Position numbers and translations under genes: made by a program | DNA from: Rotaria socialis | Taxonomy: Eukaryota | Direction: 5' to 3' | NCBI GenBank assembly: GCA_905331485.1 | Contig: CAJNYT010000045.1 | Coordinates: 51,001-115,000 of the forward strand | DNA length: 64,000 nt | Notes under the pieces: generated by a model | Databases searched by the model: none | What the model was told of the DNA's origin: nothing | Seen by the model: the letters and a program-made list of their open reading frames with translations, nothing else | Shown here: piece by piece, positions 28,194 through 40,800 of the stretch | How the letters are laid out: every line of letters starts with the position of its first letter | Position numbering within the stretch: the stretch's first letter is position 1

Positions 28194-30547
28194 TATTTAT
28201 AATAGTCGAACAGAAGAAAGAAATTTGTGCATTGTAAAAACGGTGTTTTTTAATAAATTACTGACAATAGAACTTTAACTAAATATAAATAAATGCATAT
28301 CTACTATTTCTTATTCTCGAAAATATTTTCACGAAGACAAAACCGATCTAAAATGATTATATAACCGCAAAATTGTGTTAAATATTTCGTTAAGAATAAG
28401 ATTTTACTTATATATGTTACATCGAAATAAATCCATCAAAACAAAATAGAATATTTTTTCTCAGAATGTGTTCGTCTTTGATCAGTTTTATGGTAATTGA
28501 TAAGTCAGTTATAGATGTTTCAACATATTGAGACTCGCTTGATAATAAATTCTATAGACTTGCATCTTGCATTCAAGAAATACGATCAAACAAAATTTTA
28601 TGATAATCATTTGATTTTTATTCATAGTATCTATCAAATTACTTGTTTCAATTCAGACTGAGTCAATTTGTCATTCTCTAATTTGTATTTCTACACCGTA
28701 TTCCTTATCTTTAAAAAAACGATGAAGATATTTTATTCCTTCATGCTGTAATTTTCGGAACCATACAGGCTATATGAAGATTGAATTTCAATCATATAGA
28801 TAATTAGATATCGTATTTTCATCGGGATATCATAGAGTAACTATCTTTTTGAATATATATATATATATGTTGAGTCTTTCATCCAACAATCGATCTTAAT
28901 CATATATCTACCTGACATTGGAAGATATTCTACACTTCGTATCATTGTAATGCATGGTGCTAGCTTATCAACTAGACGAACAGATATTGTAGGATATCAT
29001 CCAGTTTAATCAAAACTATATTTAACAACCGATTTCAGAATTCTGCTAAAGAAATTTTGCTGAAGACAAGGAAACTAACTAAGTCATTCTGCCATAGATG
29101 TCACAATGCCCATAGAGTGAACATCGAGATATCAACGTCAGATTACTCAAAAACAAAACACAGATCAATCGTGTTGCATTGGTCAAGAAGTGTACACCTA
29201 ATCAAGATAGTGTTTCTATATTATATTAGTTAATATCATCAGACAATAGAATAGCTTCTATTCTATCACAGAAGAAACTTCTAAAACACTATATACTCAT
29301 AAACGTACAGAATTATCTTAGCTAAATGGCGTACGTTATAAGATGAAAAATATTTCATTTTTATCGGTCATTATAATACTTGATGTGTAACTTGCGTTAC
29401 ATCACAATTATTAGAAAATTTATATCCCTCTATATGTTTTTCCACGATACATTCATGAGCCATTGCCGCCACTTTTCATTCATTTTTATACGGAATGCTA
29501 CTGCGCCCAGATAGAGATATCGCACACCGAACCCGATAGGAACTTGATAGTATCCTACCATCCGACAGAATCTTATAGGATTCCGGGTCGAGGAATTGAC
29601 GTCGGAACCCATTGAACTTCTGATGACGTCCAACGATGTTTCTTTGGAACATGTATTTTTTATTACCAAGTAAAATAAAGAACATTGGTACATAATAATT
29701 TAGCATCCTAAGAACCGTCACGATTGAATATGGATTAGTTTTAAATCCAAATTTTATCACCATAGATTTTGAAAATGGGCTATGCAGGTGCTCCTAAAAC
29801 ATAGTTTTCCATTATACAGTTATGGTAGGCTGAAATTCTACATGACAATCAATGTATATTTGTAAAGAAAAATACTAGAAATCAGAATTACAAAAAGCTT
29901 GTTATGATTAATCAATTGATGATTAAAATATTATATCAGATATAACTGATCTCTCTCTGAAAGTATACTAAAGAGAAATCAGATTCATAACAAATGATAG
30001 CGATAGACGTGCAAATAAGCAGAAGAGAAAAGAAAAAGAACGAGCGAAAATATATGTTAAGAAGCCGTAAGAGATCGTTTAATTTAAAATTTTCATACAC
30101 TTCGTGTTCATCTTACGTCCGGGTATCTTTGTTTAGTTTGCATTTAATATTAATTATTACACTAACCTTTTAGATTTAGAGATCCGTGATTGACGTAACA
30201 AAAAAACAATTACCCTACAGAACCATATGTACAACGTTGTAAAAGATTTCTAAAAGTCTAAGACAAAAACGCAGTTATAAGATTTGAACACGTAAGTTAT
30301 AATAGATTTTTAGAAAAAAATCTCATATAGATTTTAGTAATCATTGTTAAAATTCATTTGTAGCTACATGGAATTTTATCAAAATCTATAGAAAGAATAT
30401 TTCTTGCGTTTTTCACAACAATTTTTTTTGTTTTTAATCACTATATTCCCAATTGTATAGAAAAGAGATAGCTGATGATCCATTGCATCACCATGTGTTA
30501 GAATAATGTAGCAAATAAAAAGCACTCTCCTTTACCCAGGTCAATGA

Positions 30548-30855
30548 TTCCGGAGGACGGATACTGTAGGAACCGGCCGGAAAGATGCGGAAAAATCACC
30601 GTATCTGGCCGGAAAGCATGGGAAAGCACTGGAAACTGGAAGCAGTATTCCAGTTGGAAGTTACCGGATTTTTTTCCTGTGGATTCCGGTCAGTTTCCTG
30701 TGTTTTCCGGTCAGTTTTCTGTGTTTTACATCTGGAAGTTGATCGGAATCTACAGGAAGAAAATCCGGTAACTTCCAACTGGAATACTGCTTCCAGTTTC
30801 CAGCGCTTTCCTGTGCTTTCCGGCCGTTTCCTGCCGTACGTCCACGACCTGGGTA
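30548..30855. repeat. GC-rich foldback / inverted-repeat element (~310 bp) with ~100-bp arms ('ggaaagcactggaaactggaagcagtattccagttggaagttaccggattt' and its reverse complement) around a short central loop. Rich in CCGG and GGAAAG motifs.
   Basis: The arms at about 30590-30690 and 30755-30850 are near-perfect reverse complements. GC content is far above the surrounding AT-rich DNA. The ORFs called here on both strands are artefacts of the palindrome. Confidence 0.6.
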
Positions 30856-33800
30856 CATTATAATGTAATATGATTGCAAGAAAAATTCGAACACTTAGTA
30901 TGAACGGTATGCAGAAAATAGTAAAGCACAAAGTTAGAGAATATCGTGTTCATAATTTACATGCTATAAAAAAAATTCTAATAGAATAAAAGAAATGAAT
31001 TATTAACCTATCAGGTGAGGAAGTGTTTTTCTAAAGAATGAAAAAGAAATGAACATTTCTAATGGATGATCATCAGCTGTAAAAATCATATTATTTTCGT
31101 TGTTGAAAATACGAACTGCTTTTATTTTTAGGAAAAAATAGAAGCAGTTCGTATTTTTATTTGTCGATTTGTCAAAGCAATCCTAAATTTAATGATGTCC
31201 TGTCTCATAAAAACATGCAAATAGCTCGTAGGATTACGTTATGCACACAAATATTTAATGTGTTTTCGTGGTAGAAAACGATGCACCGTATGTATTTCAT
31301 TGAATTTTTAGAGTTTGACAAGTTACATTTATCGAACTCAATAAATAAATTAGTTAAAATACTGTTACAGATTGATTACAAGCCACATGCAAAGATCAAA
31401 TATTTTTGGTTATTATTCTGTTTCAAATGTATCTGATTAAAAAATTTGGTTTATATATCCAATTTGCGAAAATGAAGGAAAATATAAATTGATCTACTCA
31501 AATATTAATTGTGATTGCTGTTTTGCGCCTCCAATATTCCTGCCAACTTATATTCATACTTTTCATGTTTTTGAACAACTTAACTCGACGGCATAGCTAT
31601 AGAAAAAAGGAGCTCACATTCAAATTAAATTGCACTAGTATATTGCTGATAGTTCTATCTAGTTATAGCAAGGTATTTCGTCAAGAATCTGACAATATGT
31701 TGATCCTGGCCATTAGTAACGACAGAGTAGAGTCATTTCGTAGTTACAAAGTATGTTCAAAGTTTCATGAATTCTACGTAAATACTCAAAAGAATCAATA
31801 TCTTAATTAGTATAGTAGCATATTGAATTCATCATTTTGTTGTAAAATCAGTTCTTTATAAGTATATTCATGAGACTGTAAAATCTGTCAATGTATATTG
31901 GTAAGCTGAAGATGATCGAATACTGATCGAAAATTCCAAAACACTAAGAATTGAATGAATTAAAAACAAAAACACAAAGCTACTGAATCATTATGATATC
32001 AGTTCTTTTGAGTATCTACAAAGTATGGTTTTAACCCGTGATATTTGTGATTAATGAAATTAACTAAGAATATATTCTGTTATCATGATTAATAATTCGA
32101 TGTTTATGGCCTCGACCATCAAAACCCAAAATGGTTTAAGATGTCGACTTTCTAATGAAATTAAGTTTTGTACAAATCAAAAAAGCTGGAGAAACCGCCC
32201 TATTTTGAATTTCACTCGGATATTAACTATGTAAAACTATACGTTTAAAAGTATTTTCAATCTTGGTACATGTATAGACAAACCAGCACAAGCATTATTA
32301 CAAAGTATATGCCATGAGTCAATTTCTGCAATCGGTTGTTGTGGATGTAAAATTAGCGGTGAGTTTTATTTTTATTCTCTGCCATTTATTTATTTTAAAA
32401 TTTTTTCTTCTAGGTTATTTTTATGATTCTGTACATCTTATTGATTATTTAGTCGATCTAAAAGACTCTCGTATTTAATCACATTTAAGATCAAATCACA
32501 GATATTATGATCTCCCTTGGGCGAGAAAAACTGAAGCTTAAGTGGAAAAATAACTTGTCGCCCACCTAGTCACATCGTTTTTACTCAATCAAAGCGTAAA
32601 TACTACAAAGTGAACGATTTGAATATAGAATTATCGGGGCGTATACCGTTCGCCCACTGGCTTATTTTGATACTGAATTCACCTTTTTTTGTCTGATAAC
32701 CTTAACAAAACTTATCAAGCAGTCGTCGCAAGTAAAGTATCCTGTTTCATCTTCTTATCTTATGTAGAATTCTACGAAAGTTACCATTTCAACAAAAAAA
32801 AACGATTTTTATTTTTCATCTCGAGCACTCGTTATATATAGTTGTTTTCAACAAAATCCAGCTCTTTTTTTACTCATTAGAAACACTTTTACACCATTAA
32901 AGTCGTAATATTTCGTAAAAAGAAATATTTTGTTAAGCACGATTTCATTTTGCACGAGTAAATAATATTTTACAACAAAATCGTTAACATTCAATCTTTT
33001 TTACGTTCAATATTCTAAATATGATTTTATTTTCTATTAGATGAAACTGTGCCATCTTTTGCTAAATGTCCATTTCCAAAATAAAACTTGGTCATGTTAT
33101 TATTCTCAATATAATCTTTCAAGCTACATCATTTCGTTTTCCATCTACAACTACACGAATTCCACGTCCACTAGTTAATTTTAAAAAGCTAACGGCTAAT
33201 AAATCAAAAATGATACTTTTATATGACTTCGTGAAAAAAAGGTCCTTTAGCCTAAATAGTGCAATCATTGGTTTGTATAGTATGATGTTCGTTGTTCATC
33301 TTTCAAAGAATCGAGCAGCGGTTGTGATCATATGTTGTATGGTGTTAAAAGTCGTCGATAGGAATTTCTGATTGAATATGCGAAAATTTTAAATATCTAG
33401 ATTGAAGCAACAATTAGTAACTCACTTTCGGACTCAGAGTTGAACAAACTATGCTTTGGTAATGATATATTAACTTCATTTTCCATTTTGATACTTTGAA
33501 AACCATCTACGTAGGTATAGTACTATTGTTTACAAGAAAATGATAAAAGATTATGAATTTGTCTATTAATGATATTTAGGTATTATCATTTGAATCAAAA
33601 CAATAACAGACGAGGAATTAAAGGAATATGATTGGAAAATAAAATATGCTTAGAAGTGCATACGTCGAATTTCATATGATTTTTTCAGTGATTACAATCA
33701 GGAATTATGCTGAGAATATTTTATTCGGTTTTCGCATCTCTGTGCAAATGGAATTGTTCGTTTTTTTCTCATCATTCGAAACGCACATATTCGCCTTAGT

Positions 33801-34021
33801 ATCTTGTCGATTATTCAAAAGCGAAAACAATAGACGATTCTGCACTTCAACTTCACCTTCAAGATGAAGTTCAATTCGGTTTCATTATACTTATGTATTT
33901 GTTAATCAAAACGACTATAGGCGTTATTTGATTCAAGAAATTTACAAATATTTGCAAAACAGCCAGCATATCGATCTATCATCAAGTCAAAGACGAATAT
34001 TAGAAAATAATATATATTTCG

Positions 34022-34240
34022 TTTTATAGTTAGTGATATTACTAAGAAATATGTATATTCCAGAAGCAAATCTTATAATATTCTGTTCTTTTTTTTTGCT
34101 TTTCAAATTTTTCGAAAAATTCATAAGTTTTATAGTTAGTGACATTACTAAGAAATATGTATATTCCAGAAGCAAATCTTATAATATTCTGTTCTTTTTT
34201 TTTGCTTTTCAAATTTTTCGAAAAATTCATAATATCTTAG
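34022..34240. repeat. Tandem duplication, 2 x ~110 bp ('ttttatagttagtga(t/c)attactaagaaatatgtatattccagaagcaaatcttataatattctgttctttttttttgcttttcaaatttttcgaaaaattcataa').
   Basis: Two adjacent near-identical copies read directly from the sequence. Confidence 0.65.
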
Positions 34241-34496
34241 CAAGACGCGTTTTTCACTATATTGGAATAAATTTCAACATCCACTTTGAAGTTTCATAAA
34301 GATTTAAACTAGTTTTAAATATAATTAATAAACGATACTGAACAAAGTAACCGCGGAGCAACTAATCAATATCATAGAAGAAAACTTGCTGTAACTATGT
34401 ACGTCGTAGTGAGAAGAGAACGACCTCAAACTCACATAAACTGCTAGCATAACAAGTAAACATATTTTGGTATGATGTGGCCGATGACCGTTCACT

Positions 34497-35941
34497 TCGT
34501 CGCACGACACTTCGTTGCAGAAAAATTATTTTCGTTCTGTTCGTCCCTAACTATTTGTCGCATCTCTCTTAATGAATTCTTTTTGTTTGTGTATAACAAA
34601 TGGAAAATTTATGAGCCAATTCCTATGTATTTGTGCATAATATACACAACATAATGAGTAAACAGATTGAAAGAGAAAATACTCTAAAGAATAAAGATAA
34701 CTAAAGAGAAAAAATGCCTAAAGAGTAATGTTGCCTGCTATATTTTTTTAAGAATTGATCTAGTTGAGGTGAGCCGAGGGAGTTAACCGGTTGAATTTTA
34801 ATATCAATTTTTAATTAGATAATTGGAAAACGATCGGGTTTTTGAACATGGGAGTGTGATGTTGGTGCTGAGACAAATATGTTTTGGGATATATTGGCAT
34901 AACAACGAGCTTCATTGATAAATGATTTTTATTTTAATTAATTGATTGATGTTCAAAACGCTCTTAGCTTTACCATCTCGATTCTGAGATCCGAGAATAA
35001 ATTTCGTCGTTATTGTACGTTTTTCAGTATAGATATAACCTTCTTGGAGTATCATTGCTTTTTCTTTTATAGAAAACAGTTTTTTATTTCAGACATTTTG
35101 CGTGAAAAGTAGTGCGCAGTGAAAGCTGAAATTGAAAAGTGAAATGTATTTTTTTTATTTTAGTTCGTCCCATAATGAAGAATGTCGGATCAGTGTTATT
35201 TTGTGAAACACGATCTGAAAGGAGTGCTGAAGTATATATGATATAAATTTAGACCCCCCTACAGACTGGGACAGAGAAATTAATTAATTAGTTAGCTGGT
35301 TAATTAATTAATTTCTCTGTCACGGTCGGTGATGGTTTTGAAGGCTCTTTAACGGTTTATGATGGTCTGTGAAGCTTCTCTGTTACGGTCTCTGATGGTG
35401 TCTAAATTCTCTGTAACGGTCTGTGATGATTTCTAAACTCTATAACGGTCTGTGATGTCATGTGAAACCTCTCTGTCACAGTATGTGATGACTTCTGAAG
35501 TCTGTGTACCGGTCTGCGATGGCCTCTAGAGACTTCATACATCATAACACAGACCATGACAGAGGCGCTCCACGTGCCGTGGTAGGCGGATTCCAGAAAG
35601 GAGCTTTTCGTGTTTCACATTTTAATCCCACTGGAATTGCGCTAACAGCTTTTTAGTTTAGATTACACTGAAATTCATGAAGCAAGCGACAAATTTAATT
35701 AGTCTTCATTGGCTTTAGCACTGTACATTAAAATAATATTGACCCTTTTACCCAATTACAATTATACTCTTAGCACAATTAATTATCTATCACTATTGTG
35801 CACATCTCTTACAATTTTTCATTTATTTTATATTATTTCCATTGGTTATACAGAAAACAAAGAATTCATTAAGAGATATGCGACAAATAGATAGGGGCGA
35901 ACAGAACGGAAAGAATTTTTCTGCGACGAAGTGTCGTGCGA
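34497..35941. mobile_element. Non-autonomous TIR-flanked element (~1.45 kb). ~110-bp terminal inverted repeats ('cgtcgcacgacacttcgt(t/c)gcagaaaaatt...tctcttaatgaattcttt') at 34497-34605 and 35830-35941. The interior holds a 20-bp-arm perfect palindrome (acagagaaattaattaatta / taattaattaatttctctgt, ~35270-35321) and a ~32-bp x7 minisatellite (35313-35531).
   Basis: The ends are reverse complements with about 90% identity; ORFs 34472(+) and 35823(-) both translate the same '...VARHFVAEK(L/F)F..ICRISLNEFF' string, which reveals the inverted repeat. Internal tandem units follow 'ctctgtaacggtctgtgatg...'. No transposase ORF is present. Confidence 0.5.
35313..35531. repeat. Minisatellite, ~7 copies of a ~32-bp unit (ctctgt(a/c)acggtctgtgatg[n]tctaaa-like).
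   Basis: Direct tandem periodicity in the sequence. The last copy is followed by an inverted copy of the unit (catcataacacagaccatgacagagg). Confidence 0.6.
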
Positions 35942-36114
35942 CGATGTGTACTAGTGCCGATGTGAGCTTTCGACAATCTGTGCAAGGTGAGTCATCGAGC
36001 ACTATTTTTCCCCACTCGTGTAACTCATAAGAACACATAAGATGGCGAAACAACCACACAACTTTGTTTTTTGATTATTGTTGTTTTCAAGTTTTTCTTA
36101 CATAAATTTGCAAC

Positions 36115-37618
36115 ATGAACGGTGCAACTTCACCAGATAACCAACGAAATAATAAATATCCCATAAAAATTAGAACGTTCAAGAAAAATCGATCTCCAGC
36201 AATCTGGACTAACGACGAAGAAGCCGCAATAAACAAGGTTTTTTCAAGTGCAGATTTCCCGCCGCTTGGTGCACTAACAACAACCCAGCAAACTACTTCT
36301 TCCGCTTCATCATCTCTATATCATGTATATGGCGTATTATTAATATTTTTTAAATTAATTGACGTATCAATATTTTTATTAGGAACAAACAGCTGCATCA
36401 GGCGCTCACCAACCGCAACTCTTGGAACAAAATAGTAAGTTTAAATTATAATTTTTTCCCAGTGTGTTTTTCTCTATTTTAGCAAATATTTTGCAATTTG
36501 AGAATAGCAGAATCAATAATAACTTGCAACCACTAATGCCATCTATTCAAATACCATCGTCAACAGCAGCTGTACGAAAACCCAGTGGAAAACAAAAAAC
36601 TCCAGGAGTTCAGTCAAAACATTTTATATCTAGTACAACACGTAGAGTATCGAATTCGAACGTCATTACAAATACTCATTTGATACAATCAGACACTATG
36701 AACCCGAATGCTGTAGCAGGTATATATCTTCGTATCTGATCAAGTTTACTTGAGTTAGAAAAACTAATTATGAATCTTTTTAATGTTTTTAGGGAACAGT
36801 TCATCAACATTGGTCACAGCAGCAGCAGCAGTACCACCACCACCACCTCAACCTTTAACATTGTATGAAAAGCAAATTTATGAAAAGTTATGTGAGATTA
36901 TTTTAACAATTCATAAAAGCAAAGAATTCGTTTCTCGTGAACACGTTCAACAAGAGCTATTTCGTTTTTATCGTATAAATTCCTGGTATGAATTACGAGT
37001 TCAACCATCAAGATTTGATGCATTCATGAATCTTACTGATCGACAAAAGAGCGTGATATTTTATTTGCACGTTTTCGAACAAACATTCAATTTATGTACG
37101 CTTAACGATCTTGGATTTCTTATTGCTAGATTTATGAAAGTGGACAAATATGATGATCTTCGATTAGGTCCACTCGATAAAAATCCAGAAGTACAACGAA
37201 TATTTGGGTATCAGCCAACCAGCCCTGATCAACCTATTCCTACGATAACCACTGGACAAGTTATAAAAAAGTTCATGGATTTTCAGAAAGTGCGTCGGCA
37301 GCAGCGAACTACACTGGATACTTTTCTTGATTTTCTTGTTCAAGATTTCATGCTTCAATCGCGCGAGGAGTTGGGTCTATTTTGCAAAAGTTATCCTTAT
37401 TTAATACAGGTAATCTAGACATAATCGATATTCTGTGTTGCATTATCATGAGTGATTCTTTTTCATAGGTGACCAATAATGTACGACGAGATCTAGATTC
37501 ACATATACAACAAGAACAGCTACTGGTACAACAAGAATTCATTGAGGATGTTCGTAAACATCTAGAAGAGTTTAAAGAAAAAATGCATGACGAATTAGAA
37601 CTTCGGGCTCATCCATAA
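36115..37618 (+). CDS. Hypothetical protein, ~421 aa, 5 exons: join(36115..36324, 36383..36434, 36483..36719, 36793..37409, 37469..37618). No recognised domain. May be functionally or transcriptionally linked to the downstream NO VEIN-like gene.
   Basis: ATG at 36115. Strong donors (gtatat, gtaagt, gtatat, gtaatc) and polypyrimidine/AG acceptors. Exon lengths sum to 1266 nt (divisible by 3). Frames agree with ORF-track segments 36115, 36464 and 36783. Ends with a TAA at 37616-37618. Confidence 0.5.
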
Positions 37619-37778
37619 AGAACGTCTAAGTTAAACTCTTACTGCTGGATTCTGCCTCATCCAATGTTTAGGCACCTAATTTCATCTGGGCAGTATTTGC
37701 GGATAGTTCCTTTCATCATTCAATAAGAAAAAAACACCGACTGCTGTATTCAATTACCTCACATCAATTGTTCAGAAG

Positions 37779-37786
37779 TATTTAAA
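37779..37786 (+). promoter_or_regulatory. TATA-like box (TATTTAAA) about 60 bp upstream of the ATG at 37845.
   Basis: Consensus TATA-like octamer in the short intergenic gap between 37618 and 37845. Confidence 0.3.
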
Positions 37787-37844
37787 TTTCATACCTCAAC
37801 AACCGGCACTTTATACGATACTAATTCAACTTCGTGACGATGAG

Positions 37845-40800
37845 ATGTTACGATGTCTATTGAATCTAAGCATATATCTAGGCACTATTGAAAAACCAGA
37901 AGTATTTATTGCAGAACTTAAAAGGCTTATTGGTTATCAAGACAAAATTTTGCCTATGGAAGAATTAATGACGGTGCCAGAAACGCCTATTACAATGAAC
38001 AAAATGAGCAAAAAAGATCGTAAAAAATTAAAAGCTATTTTAGAACAGCAACAATTACAACATTCACATGTCAGCGACAATGAGCAGATAGTAAGTTTGA
38101 CTGTACTCAAAAGTAACATCTATCAATAGTAGGTCTAATATAATTGTTGACAAGGTCACTTACTTACTATTGCGAATGTGGATGGTGAGATGTCATGTAT
38201 ACCCCATACCCATACTACTTGAGTTCTACTCCTAAAATAACTCAAACTCACGTTTATACTCTCAGTAACTAGTCGGTTTACGTCATTTCATGAAACACTA
38301 ACTTCTGATAGATCATCTCATTAAAAAAATGAAATTATAATTAATTTTCATAATTATTCAATTTTAGACAACAGCAAATGCTGTGCCTGTCAGTACATCC
38401 TTCTCAAGCTCATTTTTCGCATCTCAAGCTCATCAACCAAAAGCAGCAGTCTCTCTAAAACAGCTTTGCTCGGATATTTATAGACATCTGGTTTGTTTTG
38501 ATACACCACCCAGTATCCAACATCTTCTCCAAATTGATGAGGACATTTGTAATCAACATGGCGTTACTAGTTTTTCTGCATTCGCTGATGGTGATAATGA
38601 ATACGATGATATTCCGGAAAATTTTGTATCATTTCTTAATAAATATCGTGACACGATTGATCCAAATGGAGAATTATCTGTTTATGAACAGACGAAATCA
38701 ATGGACGATCGAAGTGCATTATATTCATTTGTTCAGCAACTGACTATGATCAACGATGATGGGATAAATGAAGAATGCCAACCGCAACATGTAACATTGA
38801 CGCATGGACATGTAAACGCTGAGCAACTTCATATCAGTGCAGATAAGCGATCAGCAATTGAAAAAGCAATTAAACATAAATTTGGTGAATCTATCAATTT
38901 TCGTAAAGGAAATCAAATAATTAGAAAAGCTAAAAGAAAATTTCATAAAAATAAACATACAATTATTCGGTAGTGAATTCTTCTTATTTTATAACATAAA
39001 TTAAACAAAATTTTGCTATTCTAGCTTCGAAGAATCTGTGTTAGATTTAAATAGTTTAAATCAGCTCGATGTTTGTTCAATGTCATTAAATGTTAATGAA
39101 ACGCAATTATGCCAATTAATACTTCACTGCCCATTAATGACAAATCTTTATACATGGCTTCAATGGATAAATTTCTTTCAACCAAAATATGGTGCACTCC
39201 AATCATTTATTACTAAGCATGAGATTGAGTTCAAAGATCTTCAATTATTTGAAACATCAACTGGAGAACTCTATCGTTTACCAATCGATGCCAGTCTTGC
39301 TACGTTTGAACGTGAACTTGATGCAATGCATATTCGTTCTGCTGTTGGACATTTATGTTCATTAATTATCCAAGAAGAGTTAATTACAAGATTTCCAATT
39401 AATGTTTATCGAACATCAATGGAAACGTGGTTTCGTCATTTGCAATCTTTGGCTACATTACAAAATGATCATACCGATCCAATGCAACATATACTTGAAT
39501 TTTTAATGTGTCTACCAATACTGATTGGTCAATCCCGATTTATTGAAGAACTGATTCTTCTACCGCTAGATAAAGTGTTTGATGATGTTTCAGACAATCA
39601 AATAAATCCACGAACAAAACTATGGAATTTGGCAAATGCTCAACAACGAATAAAATTAGAAGTATGGGGTCATAAAGTTGATATTTCCGAATGGAAAAAT
39701 GAGAAAAAATGGTTAGGTGGTGAAGAATCAGAAGAAAGATCTATAATCCAATCAGCACATGAATTGATACGACAGCAAATAATTGATACAGGTAAGTTAT
39801 GCTGAAAATTTCATAAATCGTACGAGAGGTGTAAGGAGAGTATGCACGAGGAAAAGTTTCTTAGAGGTAATTAAAAACATTTAATAATAATATTTTCCAT
39901 TGTTGTAAATATCTTCTAATTATTATTATTATCGATTTATTTGAAGTCAATCCCGCTGCGTCGACAACAACTGTAAATGAATCACTTTCGGCCACGACTA
40001 CCAAAAAAACGACCAGCTTATCTACTCTATCAACGACGGCTAATATCGATAATGCAAGTGATTCGATTCAAGCTGCATCCCAACATATTGAATCGATTCG
40101 TCGAGGTTTCGGTGTTGATAGTGGCCTTGATGCTGCTAGCCAATCAATCATTACTAATCTTCGAGGCATGGTTGAACGAAGTTTAGAAAGGTTATCTAAT
40201 GATCTCTATTTGGAACAAGGTCATTTCGTATTAGAACTTATTCAAAATGCTGATGATAATCAATATACATCAGATATCATGCCTACTCTACGTTTTACTC
40301 TTTCGCCTGAACGAATACTTGTCTGTAACAATGAAATAGGATTTCAACCTAATAATATCATGGCCATCTGTAATGTGGGCGCTTCAACCAAAGGGAAACA
40401 TAAACAAGGATATGCTGGCCATAAAGGTATTGGTTTTAAATCAGTTTTTATGGTATCTCATCGACCAGAAATTCATTCTCGAAATTATCACATATGTTTT
40501 GATACTGTTAATGGAACTGAACAAATCGGGTATACACAACCGATATGGTTAGATCAATACGAAGAAGTTTTGCCTAATGTTGACGAATGGGCAACATGCA
40601 TTCGTCTACCCATTAAAAAAGATGCACGAGACGCTCGATTGAAAGAAAATTTTAAGAAAATTGAATCTATTTTTCTTCTATTTCTTAATCGTTTAAGAAA
40701 AATCGAAATTATAAATCAATACGATATCTCTGAAACAACTAATAATAATCGCATATTTACTAGAATCGATCATGATCAAGGACAAATTATAGAATTAGAA

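Noticed and set aside
35313-35531. Regular ~32-bp tandem repeats, considered as a CRISPR-like array
   Set aside because: Eukaryotic context. Units are degenerate direct repeats without unique spacers: a minisatellite inside a TIR element.
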